From Candidatus Heimdallarchaeota archaeon (GTDB taxonomy: Archaea; Asgardarchaeota; Heimdallarchaeia; Heimdallarchaeales; Heimdallarchaeaceae), in contig JAUVXV010000003.1 in the NCBI GenBank assembly GCA_030603365.1, positions 256,001-320,000 on the forward strand: a DNA stretch of 64,000 nucleotides, read 5' to 3'. The notes under the pieces are model-generated. The model ran no database searches. It was not told the DNA's origin and worked only from the letters and a program-made list of their open reading frames with translations. This document shows positions 10,517 through 20,565 of this stretch, piece after piece (the first letter of the stretch is position 1; the number at the start of each line of letters is the position of its first letter). The position numbers and the translations under genes are program-made.

Positions 10517-13288
10517 ATGCAAGTGTCCTCAAATGATAATTCTGATTCTAAAAGAATCAAGAGTAGAAAGGAAAAGATTCTTATTACTGAGGATTATCTT
10601 GTTGACTTTTTCAAGAAATACGATGTCACATATACTTCCAATATCGAACAGCTAGCAATAAATCTTGCATTGAGAGGACAAAACGCATTAGCAAATAATG
10701 AGACTGAGCAAGCTCAAGAAATATGTGATCTACTACATGGATTAGCTATCCAATGGAAAGATAGTTTCATAAAAATGAAATCATATCTCCTGAAAGCTGA
10801 AATTGCAGGTTACAAGAACGAAGATAAAATCCCTCATTTAGAAAAAGCACTTTCATATGCTAAGAAAAATCATATCGAAGATGTTGAACTTGGAGTTAGA
10901 CTTCAATTAGCTTTTGAGAAATACAGAGTTAAAGATTATAAGGGAGTTTTAAAGGAATTAAAGATAATTGAAAAAAACCCAATAATAGTAGATGAGAACA
11001 AGAGAGTTATCTATGAACTAAGATCGAGAACATATTGGGAAACTGATGATTACGCAAAAGGGTTTGATGCAACTCTTGAATGGTATCACATTCTTAAAAC
11101 TTCTTTAACTGATATACATTCACTATTTATGTCAATAGTTTATCTTTTGACTGTAATTAGTTCTATATCCTTACATCATTCAGAAGAAAAAGTAAAGGAG
11201 ATTAAGACGGATATATCTTCATTTCTTGCTGAATTAGCATCCTCAGTACACCTTTTTTCACAACTATTACCTTATATTGATATATTATTTGCTAAATCTT
11301 TGAAGCTGGTTGAACCTAAGATTCTTCATAATTTTACTGATCTTATACTTCAAACAGCTAGATGGAATGATGAGGAAAAATATCTGTATCTGTGTCAAAA
11401 TCTAGCAGATGCTTATTCTGATATTGATGATTTTGAAAAAGCTATAGAAATCATGGATAAAGCTACACAATATACTAAAGAGAAAAAGTATTCAAAAATA
11501 GAAAAAATCATCCAGTATAAGAAAGTAGAATTTTCGAGTTTGATTTTCTATTTCATGAATTTTGATGCTCTATTTGACCCTTGGATGATTCAAAACGTAA
11601 TATTAAACAACAATGGTAAGCAAGAGGAATTATATCTAGAACCTCTTTCTTCTGGTGTTAATAATTTTCCTGCAACATCCTATTCGCAATTACTGAAGAT
11701 TATAGAAAAGGCAAGTACTAAATCCATAAAAGAAGAATCTTTAGAATTGATTGGACTAAATTCTGAAGAAGAGAGATGTTTTTTTGTATTGGATTTAGAG
11801 ATAGCAGAAGACAGAATCAAAATACTGATGAGAGAAGATTTCAACATCGAACCAGAAGATCAGAAAACCCTTCATTCTACACTTACCCCTTACTATTCTG
11901 TAATAGGTTTGATATCAGATACGAAGAAAGAGGCAATAACAGAAATAGAAGGAATTGAGGAAGTATTATTACGATTACAAAGAGCAATTAATTGTCCTGC
12001 TTCAAAAGCAATTATCTATCTTCCAAAAACAAAACCTCATTTAAATCTCTTCAAATTTTACTTACAAGAAGGTGGATTTAGGGATCTCAAAGTAAAAATG
12101 ATAGATACTGCAATGTCTTTAGGAAAGAAATATGAATTTGCAAAAAATAAAGATTTTCTACAGATTTTTCAAGCTGATCCTATAACAATTTTTGACTTAA
12201 CTTTGAGAGATTCAGAGAAATTACAACCTTTAACTAATCTTGTAAATCAAGCTTATAGTCTAAAAGTTTCCAATTCAACCCTTTCTAGATTTCTAAATGA
12301 AATGATGGGATTATTTCTTAAAAGAAGTGATACTAGATTTTGGAGAGATTTCTATTATCAGTATGCATGGTTACAAACTAGAGGAGTATACCTATCCTTG
12401 ACAAACAAGGATTTAGAAGAAAAGAATATTCTTGTAGAGAAAATCATGTCCTTCTCAAAACTATTAGAAGAACCAGATAAAATCTTAGAGGGTTTATATT
12501 TCAAAGCTTTTAATGGACTACTTGGGAAGAATGTTGAATCCAAACAATATATTGATCTCTTGAAAGAAAAATCACTCGAATTAGAAAATAACAAGTTTGA
12601 AATCATATCAAAAATATTGGTGAAACTTGAAAAAACAGATATTTCTGCAGAGGCTGATACTTTAGCGGAAATCCTCAATTCTTTCTGTGAATTGTGCGAG
12701 TATAGAGATTGGGATATAAGTCTAGAACTTTTCATCTATCTGTTAAGTAAACTTCCACAACTGACCACTTTATTTGAAATTTGTAAAGAAAGAGACATTA
12801 AAGATGCAGGGATTTATCTTTATCTGCACTTATCAAAGCACATGATAGGTGTAGAACATTATACTGAAGCAATTCAACTACTGTCTTTTATTATACGGGC
12901 TTTAAACCAGAGAAAAGAGAACTTTTTCTTCTCCAAGCAATCTTGGGATTATCTCTTTGTAACAGCAAACCAACATATTTACTCAATTTATGACAACTTG
13001 TCTTCCGAAGAAATAAAAGAATTCAACATTATTAGAGAAGAGCTATTGTCCAATATTCTGGAGAGAGAAGAGTGGATAGATGATCCGATTTTTCTGGCAG
13101 AGATACTCAAAGAATATGTTTCAATACTTCTCGATAAAACTGACTTTTCAATGGGTGAAAAATACTATCATTGGATTGAGCAACTAATGTTCTATTCTTG
13201 GGAGTTGTTTACCAACGAACTAAATTCTGATTTATTGCAAGAAATCAATGATTTGAAAAAGAGAATAGAAAGTCAACATTTTATCTAA
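10517..13288 (+). CDS. Large helical-repeat (TPR-like) hypothetical protein
   Basis: 923-aa ORF, mostly amphipathic helices with TPR-like units (LADAYSDIDDFEKAIEIMDKA). Confidence 0.65.
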   Translation: MQVSSNDNSDSKRIKSRKEKILITEDYLVDFFKKYDVTYTSNIEQLAINLALRGQNALANNETEQAQEICDLLHGLAIQWKDSFIKMKSYLLKAEIAGYKNEDKIPHLEKALSYAKKNHIEDVELGVRLQLAFEKYRVKDYKGVLKELKIIEKNPIIVDENKRVIYELRSRTYWETDDYAKGFDATLEWYHILKTSLTDIHSLFMSIVYLLTVISSISLHHSEEKVKEIKTDISSFLAELASSVHLFSQLLPYIDILFAKSLKLVEPKILHNFTDLILQTARWNDEEKYLYLCQNLADAYSDIDDFEKAIEIMDKATQYTKEKKYSKIEKIIQYKKVEFSSLIFYFMNFDALFDPWMIQNVILNNNGKQEELYLEPLSSGVNNFPATSYSQLLKIIEKASTKSIKEESLELIGLNSEEERCFFVLDLEIAEDRIKILMREDFNIEPEDQKTLHSTLTPYYSVIGLISDTKKEAITEIEGIEEVLLRLQRAINCPASKAIIYLPKTKPHLNLFKFYLQEGGFRDLKVKMIDTAMSLGKKYEFAKNKDFLQIFQADPITIFDLTLRDSEKLQPLTNLVNQAYSLKVSNSTLSRFLNEMMGLFLKRSDTRFWRDFYYQYAWLQTRGVYLSLTNKDLEEKNILVEKIMSFSKLLEEPDKILEGLYFKAFNGLLGKNVESKQYIDLLKEKSLELENNKFEIISKILVKLEKTDISAEADTLAEILNSFCELCEYRDWDISLELFIYLLSKLPQLTTLFEICKERDIKDAGIYLYLHLSKHMIGVEHYTEAIQLLSFIIRALNQRKENFFFSKQSWDYLFVTANQHIYSIYDNLSSEEIKEFNIIREELLSNILEREEWIDDPIFLAEILKEYVSILLDKTDFSMGEKYYHWIEQLMFYSWELFTNELNSDLLQEINDLKKRIESQHFI

Positions 13289-13546
13289 TCAGAGAAAAAT
13301 GAATTATTATTGATTTTGTTTAACTATTTTGTAAGGACGAAACTGAATTAGCATTACATTTAACAACCTCTTTCAAATTTCTTTATATAAGACATGATTA
13401 TTTGGCAGAATGAGGACTTCTAATTTACATTTGAGATAACAATAGCTAGTGTAATCCATAACAATATTTATGAATGGAATTCTGGTTTTGTAGTGTGTAA
13501 TATATTACCAAAAAGTACCCTAAATCTATACTTGGTGTGTTAATTA

Positions 13547-16153
13547 ATGTCTTCAGAACATGAAATAGCAATCATAACTGTTGGGTATAAGAATAGTCCA
13601 TTTGTAGAGGAAGTTCTGCGAAACGAGATTATTCCGTATTCTATCATAGCTAATAATACAAGTGATTTTCAGATCCATCATGCGGATCCATCAAAAATTT
13701 TGCATTATAGCTTAGAGTTTACCAATTTAATAGAAATGATTGCGAAAAAAAGTATGGATTCCTTAGCAGTTTTTGAGACATTAGGTCAGTTTTTTGATTT
13801 TTATAACCCATTACAGCTTTCAACTCTAAATTACTTAATATCTAAATATGCTACAAGTATAAAGCCTGAGATTAAAGATTACAGAAAAGCATGGAAACAA
13901 ATCACATCAGCTATATTCAATGAAGTTTTCATATACCCGTTGTTTGAGGAAACAAGAATCTTCCATATAAAAAAGGGAGCTGTAGAAGTTCCAGTGAGGC
14001 AATTTCTGATATCTGAAGATTTAGAAAGAAAGAAGGAAAATTCAAAGAACAATAATAAACAGAAAGAGCAAGAATTAGAAGAAATAACTGGAATTATTGA
14101 TCTTGAAGCTTGTTCAAAAATGAAAATATGTAATGAAACAGTTAAAAAAATAATCTCAGCTTCTGGAGTTATTATCATTCCAACTGATGTTGTATCATTA
14201 TACATTCTTTTTCAATCTGCAACATTCAAAGAGACTTTACAAAAAACTTCAGGAAAAATAGCCTTCATTTCTCCATTCTGGACAGAAGATGAACTTAATC
14301 CATTAGAAAAATTAATTCTGGAAAAAACAGATTTTGAACCCAGTTTAATTAACACTGTTAAACTTGTAAAAGATTATGTTGATGCAGTCATTATAGATGA
14401 TAAAGATACTGAACTGGTAGCAACTATAAGAGAAGAAGGAATCACTGTACTAGTCGAAGATTTACTACCTGAAAAACAAGGAACTGTCGAATTCTTAGAA
14501 ATGGTTCTCAAAACTATAGAACTATCATTGGATACAATTGCAATAGAACCAAAAGGATTAATTGAAGGACTAGGAGAAAAATTAGTTAATTTATTCAGAG
14601 TTAGAGAACCTAAACAAGAAGAAACTCAAATACTAGAAATAGCTGCATCTTCAGATGATCAAGACATTTTAGATAATTTGATTGATGAAATTCCAACAGA
14701 TCAGGAAATAGAGACAAAGGAACTCGATATACTAGATCTTGAACAAGAGACAATAATTGAATCAACAGCTCTTACTGACGAATTTGAAATGGAAGTAATT
14801 GATACACAGAAAGACATACCAACTATACCAACACCTCCTCCAAAAGATAGTAGTTCAGAAAATGATATTCTATTAACAAAAACTGAAGAACATTTTATAT
14901 TACCTGGGATTGACCAAATTACTCAATTTGATTTAGAAGAATTAGACTCACTAGATGTTGATGAACACATAATAACCTCATTCTTAGAAAGAGCTATGAC
15001 TTCAAATGCTGCGGGTCTGGAAGTAGTGTTTTCAGATTTGTTATCACTTCAAAATAACCCATTACTAATTGATAAAATCTATCAAACAATAATGAAGAAA
15101 TTAGTAAAAGTACGTGAGAATAATCCAGAAGAAAAGATTGCTGATATGATAACTTATCTATCTGCTCACAAACCTGAATATTATACTGAAAGGTTATTTT
15201 CTCTTTTAGAAGATACTATCAATTCTCAAACAGAAACCGAATTTAATCAAAATCTTAAAACAACATCTTTGGTTGTGAAAAGCTCTCTTTTGATAGTTGG
15301 AGAGATAATTGAAAAGTTCATCATCAAATATATTGATACTTCGGAAGTCTATCTGGAAGATAAATTAAGAAGGATGATTAATACCATTAGTTTAACCAAT
15401 ACAGATATGTTGCTTCTTTTCTCAAAGGTTCTGCTCAATATCTTTTCTATCGAAATATCAAAGGAAGAACAGAATGATGAAATTATAAACAGAATTGTAG
15501 CATTTATAACCATGTTTGATGGGTTGACTGCAAGTATAGCTCTTATAACACAGGATTCTGATGAAGTAAGAGAAAGTTTCTTAGAAGAAATTTCTGAATT
15601 ACAAATAAATATTCCTTTCAAAACAATGGTCTCAAATATAATTAATATCTATAATAACTCAACTTACGAGGAATTACTCAAGTCTCTCCATGGAAGAACT
15701 TTACCAGATTCAGTTGAGCTTGAAATGATGAAGAGCAAATATATTAGCAGTCTTTCTAAAGTAGGTTCCATTCCTCTTGAGCTTTTTGCTGGACAAGTTG
15801 GATTGTCAGTTGATAAAGCAGAAAAAATGATCTACGATATGATTCTAAAAGAAGAAATATCAGCAAGAATTGAATTAGCGAGTGGAAGATTATACATAGT
15901 TCAAGAAGGAAAAGAACCAATAACTGAAGAAGAAATTCCCGTATCAAAAGATACTCAGGAATCAGAGAAAGAAGATGAAATTGTTTTAGAAGATTTCCAA
16001 GAAACTAAAGAAAAGGAAAAAGAAATTACTGAAGATGAAATCGATGAAGAGGTCGTAAAAGAGACTGAACAATTTACCTGTTCTGAGTGTGATAAATCCT
16101 TCAAAACTAAAAGAGGATTAACTATGCATATCAACAGAATGCATAAAAAATAA
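13547..16153 (+). CDS. Multidomain protein: degenerate CofD/YvcK-like N-domain, acidic linker, helical region with PCI-like winged helix, C-terminal C2H2 zinc finger
   Basis: ASGVIIIPTD and VDAVIIDDKD (CofD-like); IPLELFAGQVGLSVDKAEKMIYDMILKEEISARIE (PCI-like); CSECDKSFKTKRGLTMHINRMH (C2H2). Confidence 0.7.
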   Translation: MSSEHEIAIITVGYKNSPFVEEVLRNEIIPYSIIANNTSDFQIHHADPSKILHYSLEFTNLIEMIAKKSMDSLAVFETLGQFFDFYNPLQLSTLNYLISKYATSIKPEIKDYRKAWKQITSAIFNEVFIYPLFEETRIFHIKKGAVEVPVRQFLISEDLERKKENSKNNNKQKEQELEEITGIIDLEACSKMKICNETVKKIISASGVIIIPTDVVSLYILFQSATFKETLQKTSGKIAFISPFWTEDELNPLEKLILEKTDFEPSLINTVKLVKDYVDAVIIDDKDTELVATIREEGITVLVEDLLPEKQGTVEFLEMVLKTIELSLDTIAIEPKGLIEGLGEKLVNLFRVREPKQEETQILEIAASSDDQDILDNLIDEIPTDQEIETKELDILDLEQETIIESTALTDEFEMEVIDTQKDIPTIPTPPPKDSSSENDILLTKTEEHFILPGIDQITQFDLEELDSLDVDEHIITSFLERAMTSNAAGLEVVFSDLLSLQNNPLLIDKIYQTIMKKLVKVRENNPEEKIADMITYLSAHKPEYYTERLFSLLEDTINSQTETEFNQNLKTTSLVVKSSLLIVGEIIEKFIIKYIDTSEVYLEDKLRRMINTISLTNTDMLLLFSKVLLNIFSIEISKEEQNDEIINRIVAFITMFDGLTASIALITQDSDEVRESFLEEISELQINIPFKTMVSNIINIYNNSTYEELLKSLHGRTLPDSVELEMMKSKYISSLSKVGSIPLELFAGQVGLSVDKAEKMIYDMILKEEISARIELASGRLYIVQEGKEPITEEEIPVSKDTQESEKEDEIVLEDFQETKEKEKEITEDEIDEEVVKETEQFTCSECDKSFKTKRGLTMHINRMHKK

Positions 16154-16263
16154 GGTGTTTAATTTTTTGTAAATGTTTTTAGTATTACTAAAAGCGATTC
16201 TTAAATTCAGAAATCGAACAGTCTAATCAATAGATTTAAAGAACATTTTTCTTTTATAGAACT

Positions 16264-17265
16264 ATGCTTATTTGTCTCTTCAAATTAGAGGAAGTTGGTC
16301 CTAACCTTGTAGAAATGGTTTTAGACAAAAATGTTGATTTCTCTCAAGATACTATCGATAAATTTACATTTTCAGGCTCAGTTACTTATTCTCTAATTTT
16401 CCAAGGTATGGTTACATTAGAAGATATGACTTCAGAACTATATGGGCCTTTTCCGTTTGCATTTTCCTCAGGTTTTGTTCAGTATGCTTTTTCGTTCATT
16501 GCTGATGATAAAACAATGGTTGATAAAAGAATGAAGGAAAAAACTCTTGGTTTATTAATTATGTTAGTTCCAGAAATGGTTTCAAAAGTTGATACTTTCA
16601 GAGAAGAGTTAGCTAAAGTTTTGCTTTATAAATTTCACAAAATTTACAAAATATCTCAAGTTAATGAAAAGTTCCTGAAGGAAATAATTTCTTCTTATAA
16701 TAAAATACTTCAAGATTTGTTGAGTTTTCAACAGGCAGATTTATTGTCAACACAGATTTTAGAATTTTTAGACACACCAGACACACCTAAGAAAAAGAAA
16801 ACTGTGACAAATATATCTATTATCTATCCCAACGAGTTTGTACCTAAAATTAAGAAGTATTATGCATCACTTCTTAGCTCTCTACCATACGAAGAATCTT
16901 TTTATTCGGAAGACAAAGCTCAGATTAAAACTCCAACTTATGAATTTAATTTTTTAAAAGATACCTTAGTGTCAGAGGAGTTCTTGAATTCTCAGAAAGC
17001 TATCATACTATTAGTAGATGTAAAAAACAAAAAATACAAAAATATATATGAAGTTACATCTAAGCTGAAAAATCCTTTGAAAATTGCTTTAGTAGTTTCT
17101 TTACCTGATAATATTCAGAAAGCTAGTACAGAATACGCTAAATTTTTCACTGGTTTACAGAGATATATTGGGAGTATGCCGTTTTTCTCTGCAAGTTTTA
17201 GTTCAAGATATGAATTCAAAACCAAGATGTTAGAAGCACTTTTCTGGACTATATCTCCAGAATGA
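16264..17265 (+). CDS. Longin/uDENN-like domain fused to a degenerate small-GTPase-like domain
   Basis: LYGPFPF..YAFSF..D.RM motif shared with 42499..43560. The C-terminal half follows small-GTPase strand/helix order but has no P-loop. Confidence 0.55.
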   Translation: MLICLFKLEEVGPNLVEMVLDKNVDFSQDTIDKFTFSGSVTYSLIFQGMVTLEDMTSELYGPFPFAFSSGFVQYAFSFIADDKTMVDKRMKEKTLGLLIMLVPEMVSKVDTFREELAKVLLYKFHKIYKISQVNEKFLKEIISSYNKILQDLLSFQQADLLSTQILEFLDTPDTPKKKKTVTNISIIYPNEFVPKIKKYYASLLSSLPYEESFYSEDKAQIKTPTYEFNFLKDTLVSEEFLNSQKAIILLVDVKNKKYKNIYEVTSKLKNPLKIALVVSLPDNIQKASTEYAKFFTGLQRYIGSMPFFSASFSSRYEFKTKMLEALFWTISPE

Positions 17266-17271
17266 TACATT

Positions 17272-18396
17272 TTACCTTTCAAATTTTTGAATAGTTTTTT
17301 GAATTATAATTTTTTCGTTAACTTCAACACCTATGCCTGCATTCTGAGTAGGTACAGTTAATGTTCCATCTTCATTTAATTCAAATATGGGATTAATGAG
17401 ATAATCTTTATAGTAACGAGAACTCTCACTGATATCATTTGGAAATGAAAATGTATCTAAACTAGCTACAGCGACATTTTTTGCTCTTCCTATTCCTGTT
17501 TCAAGCATTCCTCCGCACCAAAGTGGTATATTAACTTCTTCTGCTAACTTGTGTATAAGTAAAGTTTCCGAAATTCCTCCTACTCTAGCAGGTTTGACAT
17601 TTATAATTTTACACGCATTAATCTCTACTGCTACTCGAGCATCATCAGCACTCTTAATGGATTCATCTAAGCAAATTGGAGTGGAAATCTCCTTTTGTAA
17701 TTTTGAATGATCAAAGATATCATAATACTGGAGAGGTTGTTCAATCATCATCAAATCAAATCTATCCATTGCAGTGAAAATATCCTTATCTTTTAATCTA
17801 TAAGCGCTATTTGCATCTACCATAAGTAGTAAATCAGGATGATGATCCCTAATCTGTTTCAGAACATCAACATCCCAACCTGGTTCAATTTTTATTTTTA
17901 CTCTTTGATAATTTCTATCTATTGCATGCTGTATTTTTTCTAAAAGAGTACTAACATCCTTTTGTATTCCTAAGGATATCCCAGATGGTATTGATTCTTT
18001 CTTTCCACCGATTAGATCTTGTAGGCTTTTATCATTTATTTTACCATACAAGTCCCATATAGCGTCTTCAACACAAGCTTTTGCCATTTGATTGCCTTTT
18101 ATTCTTTTGCTGATGTCTGGAAAATCAGAAGGGTGATTAATCTCAGTTTCCTTAATCCACTTAAATAAGAATTCAGAAATAATATGGATACAGGAGTTTA
18201 TAGTTTCACCAGAATACCATGGACCTTCCTCAGTCACACACTCGCCCCAAGCTTTCTTTCCGTCAGCTTCTAGACATACCAAAACAATGTCTCTTTCCTT
18301 TGTTTCTCCAAAACTTGTTCGAAAAGGATTCCTTAATTCCATTTTAATTTGATATAAGCTTGTTTTTTCAATTTTCATATTTTTTCCTCCAGACAT
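17272..18396 (-). CDS. menC: o-Succinylbenzoate synthase / N-succinylamino acid racemase (enolase superfamily)
   Basis: RVKIKI, VDANSAY, MIEQP, CLDES, WCGGMLETG. Confidence 0.92.
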   Translation of the reverse strand: MSGGKNMKIEKTSLYQIKMELRNPFRTSFGETKERDIVLVCLEADGKKAWGECVTEEGPWYSGETINSCIHIISEFLFKWIKETEINHPSDFPDISKRIKGNQMAKACVEDAIWDLYGKINDKSLQDLIGGKKESIPSGISLGIQKDVSTLLEKIQHAIDRNYQRVKIKIEPGWDVDVLKQIRDHHPDLLLMVDANSAYRLKDKDIFTAMDRFDLMMIEQPLQYYDIFDHSKLQKEISTPICLDESIKSADDARVAVEINACKIINVKPARVGGISETLLIHKLAEEVNIPLWCGGMLETGIGRAKNVAVASLDTFSFPNDISESSRYYKDYLINPIFELNEDGTLTVPTQNAGIGVEVNEKIIIQKTIQKFER

Positions 18397-18413
18397 AATT
18401 TTAATTGATTTGT

Positions 18414-19283
18414 CTAAATTTCCTCACGGTATTCAAGTAGATGATAACATTTTACTTGTTTTTCTAATCTTATAACTATGAAATCGGTAACTGCGTATCC
18501 TTCACTGAAATATTTTTCGAATGCTTTTCTTGTTTGATTTCTCCAATCAATTGCTAGTTCCTTATTATTTGACAGCATCGCATTGAAGTTCGGTAAAATC
18601 TCAAGAAATAATTTAGGAGAATTGAGATTTAAGTTTAAATTGTTTATAGCAAGAAAGTCATTCTTCATTTTTGTTTCGGTAATATTTTCTCCTTTTTCAA
18701 TATCTGTAATAGTATATTTGCTACATCGTCCTTTCAGATGATTCATTGTACGCTGAGATTCTAGGAGCCAATTGCAATAGAACCTGTCAGTTTCCATTCC
18801 TACATTCAAATCATCATGCATATCTCCCCAATAATTCACATAATAGATGTTACTAATTGCTCCAAGTTTGTGAAAATTAAGATAAGCATTTTTGGATTGC
18901 AATGGATCAAATGTCCAATTAATATACTCATATCCTTTATCGATTGCCCATTTCCTTTGTTCTAGTTTGAGTTGATATCCAATACCTCTATTCTGGTAAG
19001 CTTGTCTGACAGCATTGTGATGTGAATAAATATAGGTACCATAAGGTTCTTTGTTTCCAACCCATCCCCAAACATATCCAATAATCTGATTATTATCATA
19101 CGCACCGATAATAACTCCTCCACTTTTCCGAGTTGCATTAATCAAACGTTTGGGTACTAGCTCTCTATCCGGCATATTCCATGAATCTTGCTGAATATCT
19201 TCTAAAGCAGTATATTCTTCGAAATTTGTTATCTCCCGATACACAATTCCATTACTCATTTTTTTCATCCAGCTATCATTCAA
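18414..19283 (-). CDS. GNAT family protein, NSAR-associated N-succinyltransferase type
   Basis: IGYQLKLEQR, WTFDPLQSKNAYLN, TDRF; directly upstream of the OSBS/NSAR gene. Confidence 0.85.
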   Translation of the reverse strand: MNDSWMKKMSNGIVYREITNFEEYTALEDIQQDSWNMPDRELVPKRLINATRKSGGVIIGAYDNNQIIGYVWGWVGNKEPYGTYIYSHHNAVRQAYQNRGIGYQLKLEQRKWAIDKGYEYINWTFDPLQSKNAYLNFHKLGAISNIYYVNYWGDMHDDLNVGMETDRFYCNWLLESQRTMNHLKGRCSKYTITDIEKGENITETKMKNDFLAINNLNLNLNSPKLFLEILPNFNAMLSNNKELAIDWRNQTRKAFEKYFSEGYAVTDFIVIRLEKQVKCYHLLEYREEI

Positions 19284-20565
19284 ACGAAAGAGATTGTACA
19301 GTTGTATTTGTTAAAAACTCAAAAAGAATAACTGCGAAAGCATATGCTAAATTACTTGTAGTAAACCTCTCACCTTTTGTTAGCCTTCTTATTCTGAAAA
19401 GAAGTTGTTGAATTATTGACAGCTTATTTTCTTCGATAAAATCTAAAGGTTCAGAAACAAATTTTGCATATAATCTTATGTCTATCAAAGGCAAAACCAT
19501 TTGCGGGTATTCCTCAAAAATCCCAAACCATGTATCAAGTAAATATTGCAAATATTTCTCTTGTTCTGCAATATCTTGAACTCCAAATTCTTCCATTGCC
19601 ATTCTGCGTAAGACTTTTTCTATATTTCTCTCTAGATTCAAACGTTTTGTCTCCGTTGTTTCTCTTTTTAATTTCAAGGTTTCAAACAAAGTTTGCTCTA
19701 TTGCAGCTAACAAAGGTTCAATTCTAGTTTGATCCATTTTTACCTGATCTAAGCTCTGGAATTCTTTCCTTACATCTCCTGGTTTTTCTTCAAACTCTTC
19801 TTGTCGTTTCTCTATGGTTTTATTGAATGCGTCTTTTAACAAATTGTGATATTTTGAAATTATTACATTGTTAACTAAATCATATAGAATGTTTTCATTT
19901 TGACTTAAAGGATATTTGCCAATAAATTTACTATAGATCTGCGCTGTGGATTGTATAGATTCAGATATTCCCTCATCGTACATGATTTTCTCTATTGCAT
20001 AGGCAAATACTGCTGCTATAAATCTCAAATCAATAAGAAATTCTCCAACTTCAAAAAATAAGAAAGCTTCAGTCATAGCTGGAATGAAATTTCTTAGTAT
20101 CATAATTATTTGAACTATTTTGTCATCAATTTCTAGACTACTTAATTCAATAAAATGATGAATAATATAATTAATGGATCTTGATACTGTTTTAAGGCAA
20201 TTAATAAACGATGATAATAAACCCACAAACTCATCATCTGTACAAACTTGTTTTTTATCAGTTGCTTCTAAAAGTGCAGAAATATCTTCCGCATAAAATT
20301 GAGGTTCATATTTTTTGAGTATATCTTCTGTTATTATTATACCATAAATCGCTAATGCCATATCTTTCTTTTGTGGTGATAAAAAGCCAATTTCGGTTTT
20401 TAATTCTCTCCTTAATTCACCAAGGAAAGTAGGCTGAGTTTGAACGAAATGCTTTATTTTAGATTCAAGAGTAGAATAAAGTTTTCGAAAATCATTTACT
20501 ATCTCAACAACATCTTTTGGTTCGTAATTTAGTTCTTCAGTATCAATGATCTCGCTACTCATCAT
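19276..20565 (-). CDS. Hypothetical all-helical protein
   Basis: 429-aa ORF overlapping both neighbours in an operon-like run. Confidence 0.65.
   Translation of the reverse strand: MMSSEIIDTEELNYEPKDVVEIVNDFRKLYSTLESKIKHFVQTQPTFLGELRRELKTEIGFLSPQKKDMALAIYGIIITEDILKKYEPQFYAEDISALLEATDKKQVCTDDEFVGLLSSFINCLKTVSRSINYIIHHFIELSSLEIDDKIVQIIMILRNFIPAMTEAFLFFEVGEFLIDLRFIAAVFAYAIEKIMYDEGISESIQSTAQIYSKFIGKYPLSQNENILYDLVNNVIISKYHNLLKDAFNKTIEKRQEEFEEKPGDVRKEFQSLDQVKMDQTRIEPLLAAIEQTLFETLKLKRETTETKRLNLERNIEKVLRRMAMEEFGVQDIAEQEKYLQYLLDTWFGIFEEYPQMVLPLIDIRLYAKFVSEPLDFIEENKLSIIQQLLFRIRRLTKGERFTTSNLAYAFAVILFEFLTNTTVQSLSFE

Noticed and set aside
13331-13346. GTAAGGACGAAAC resembling the 3' core of a hammerhead ribozyme
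   Set aside because: No upstream CTGANGA core or GTCC pairing strand.
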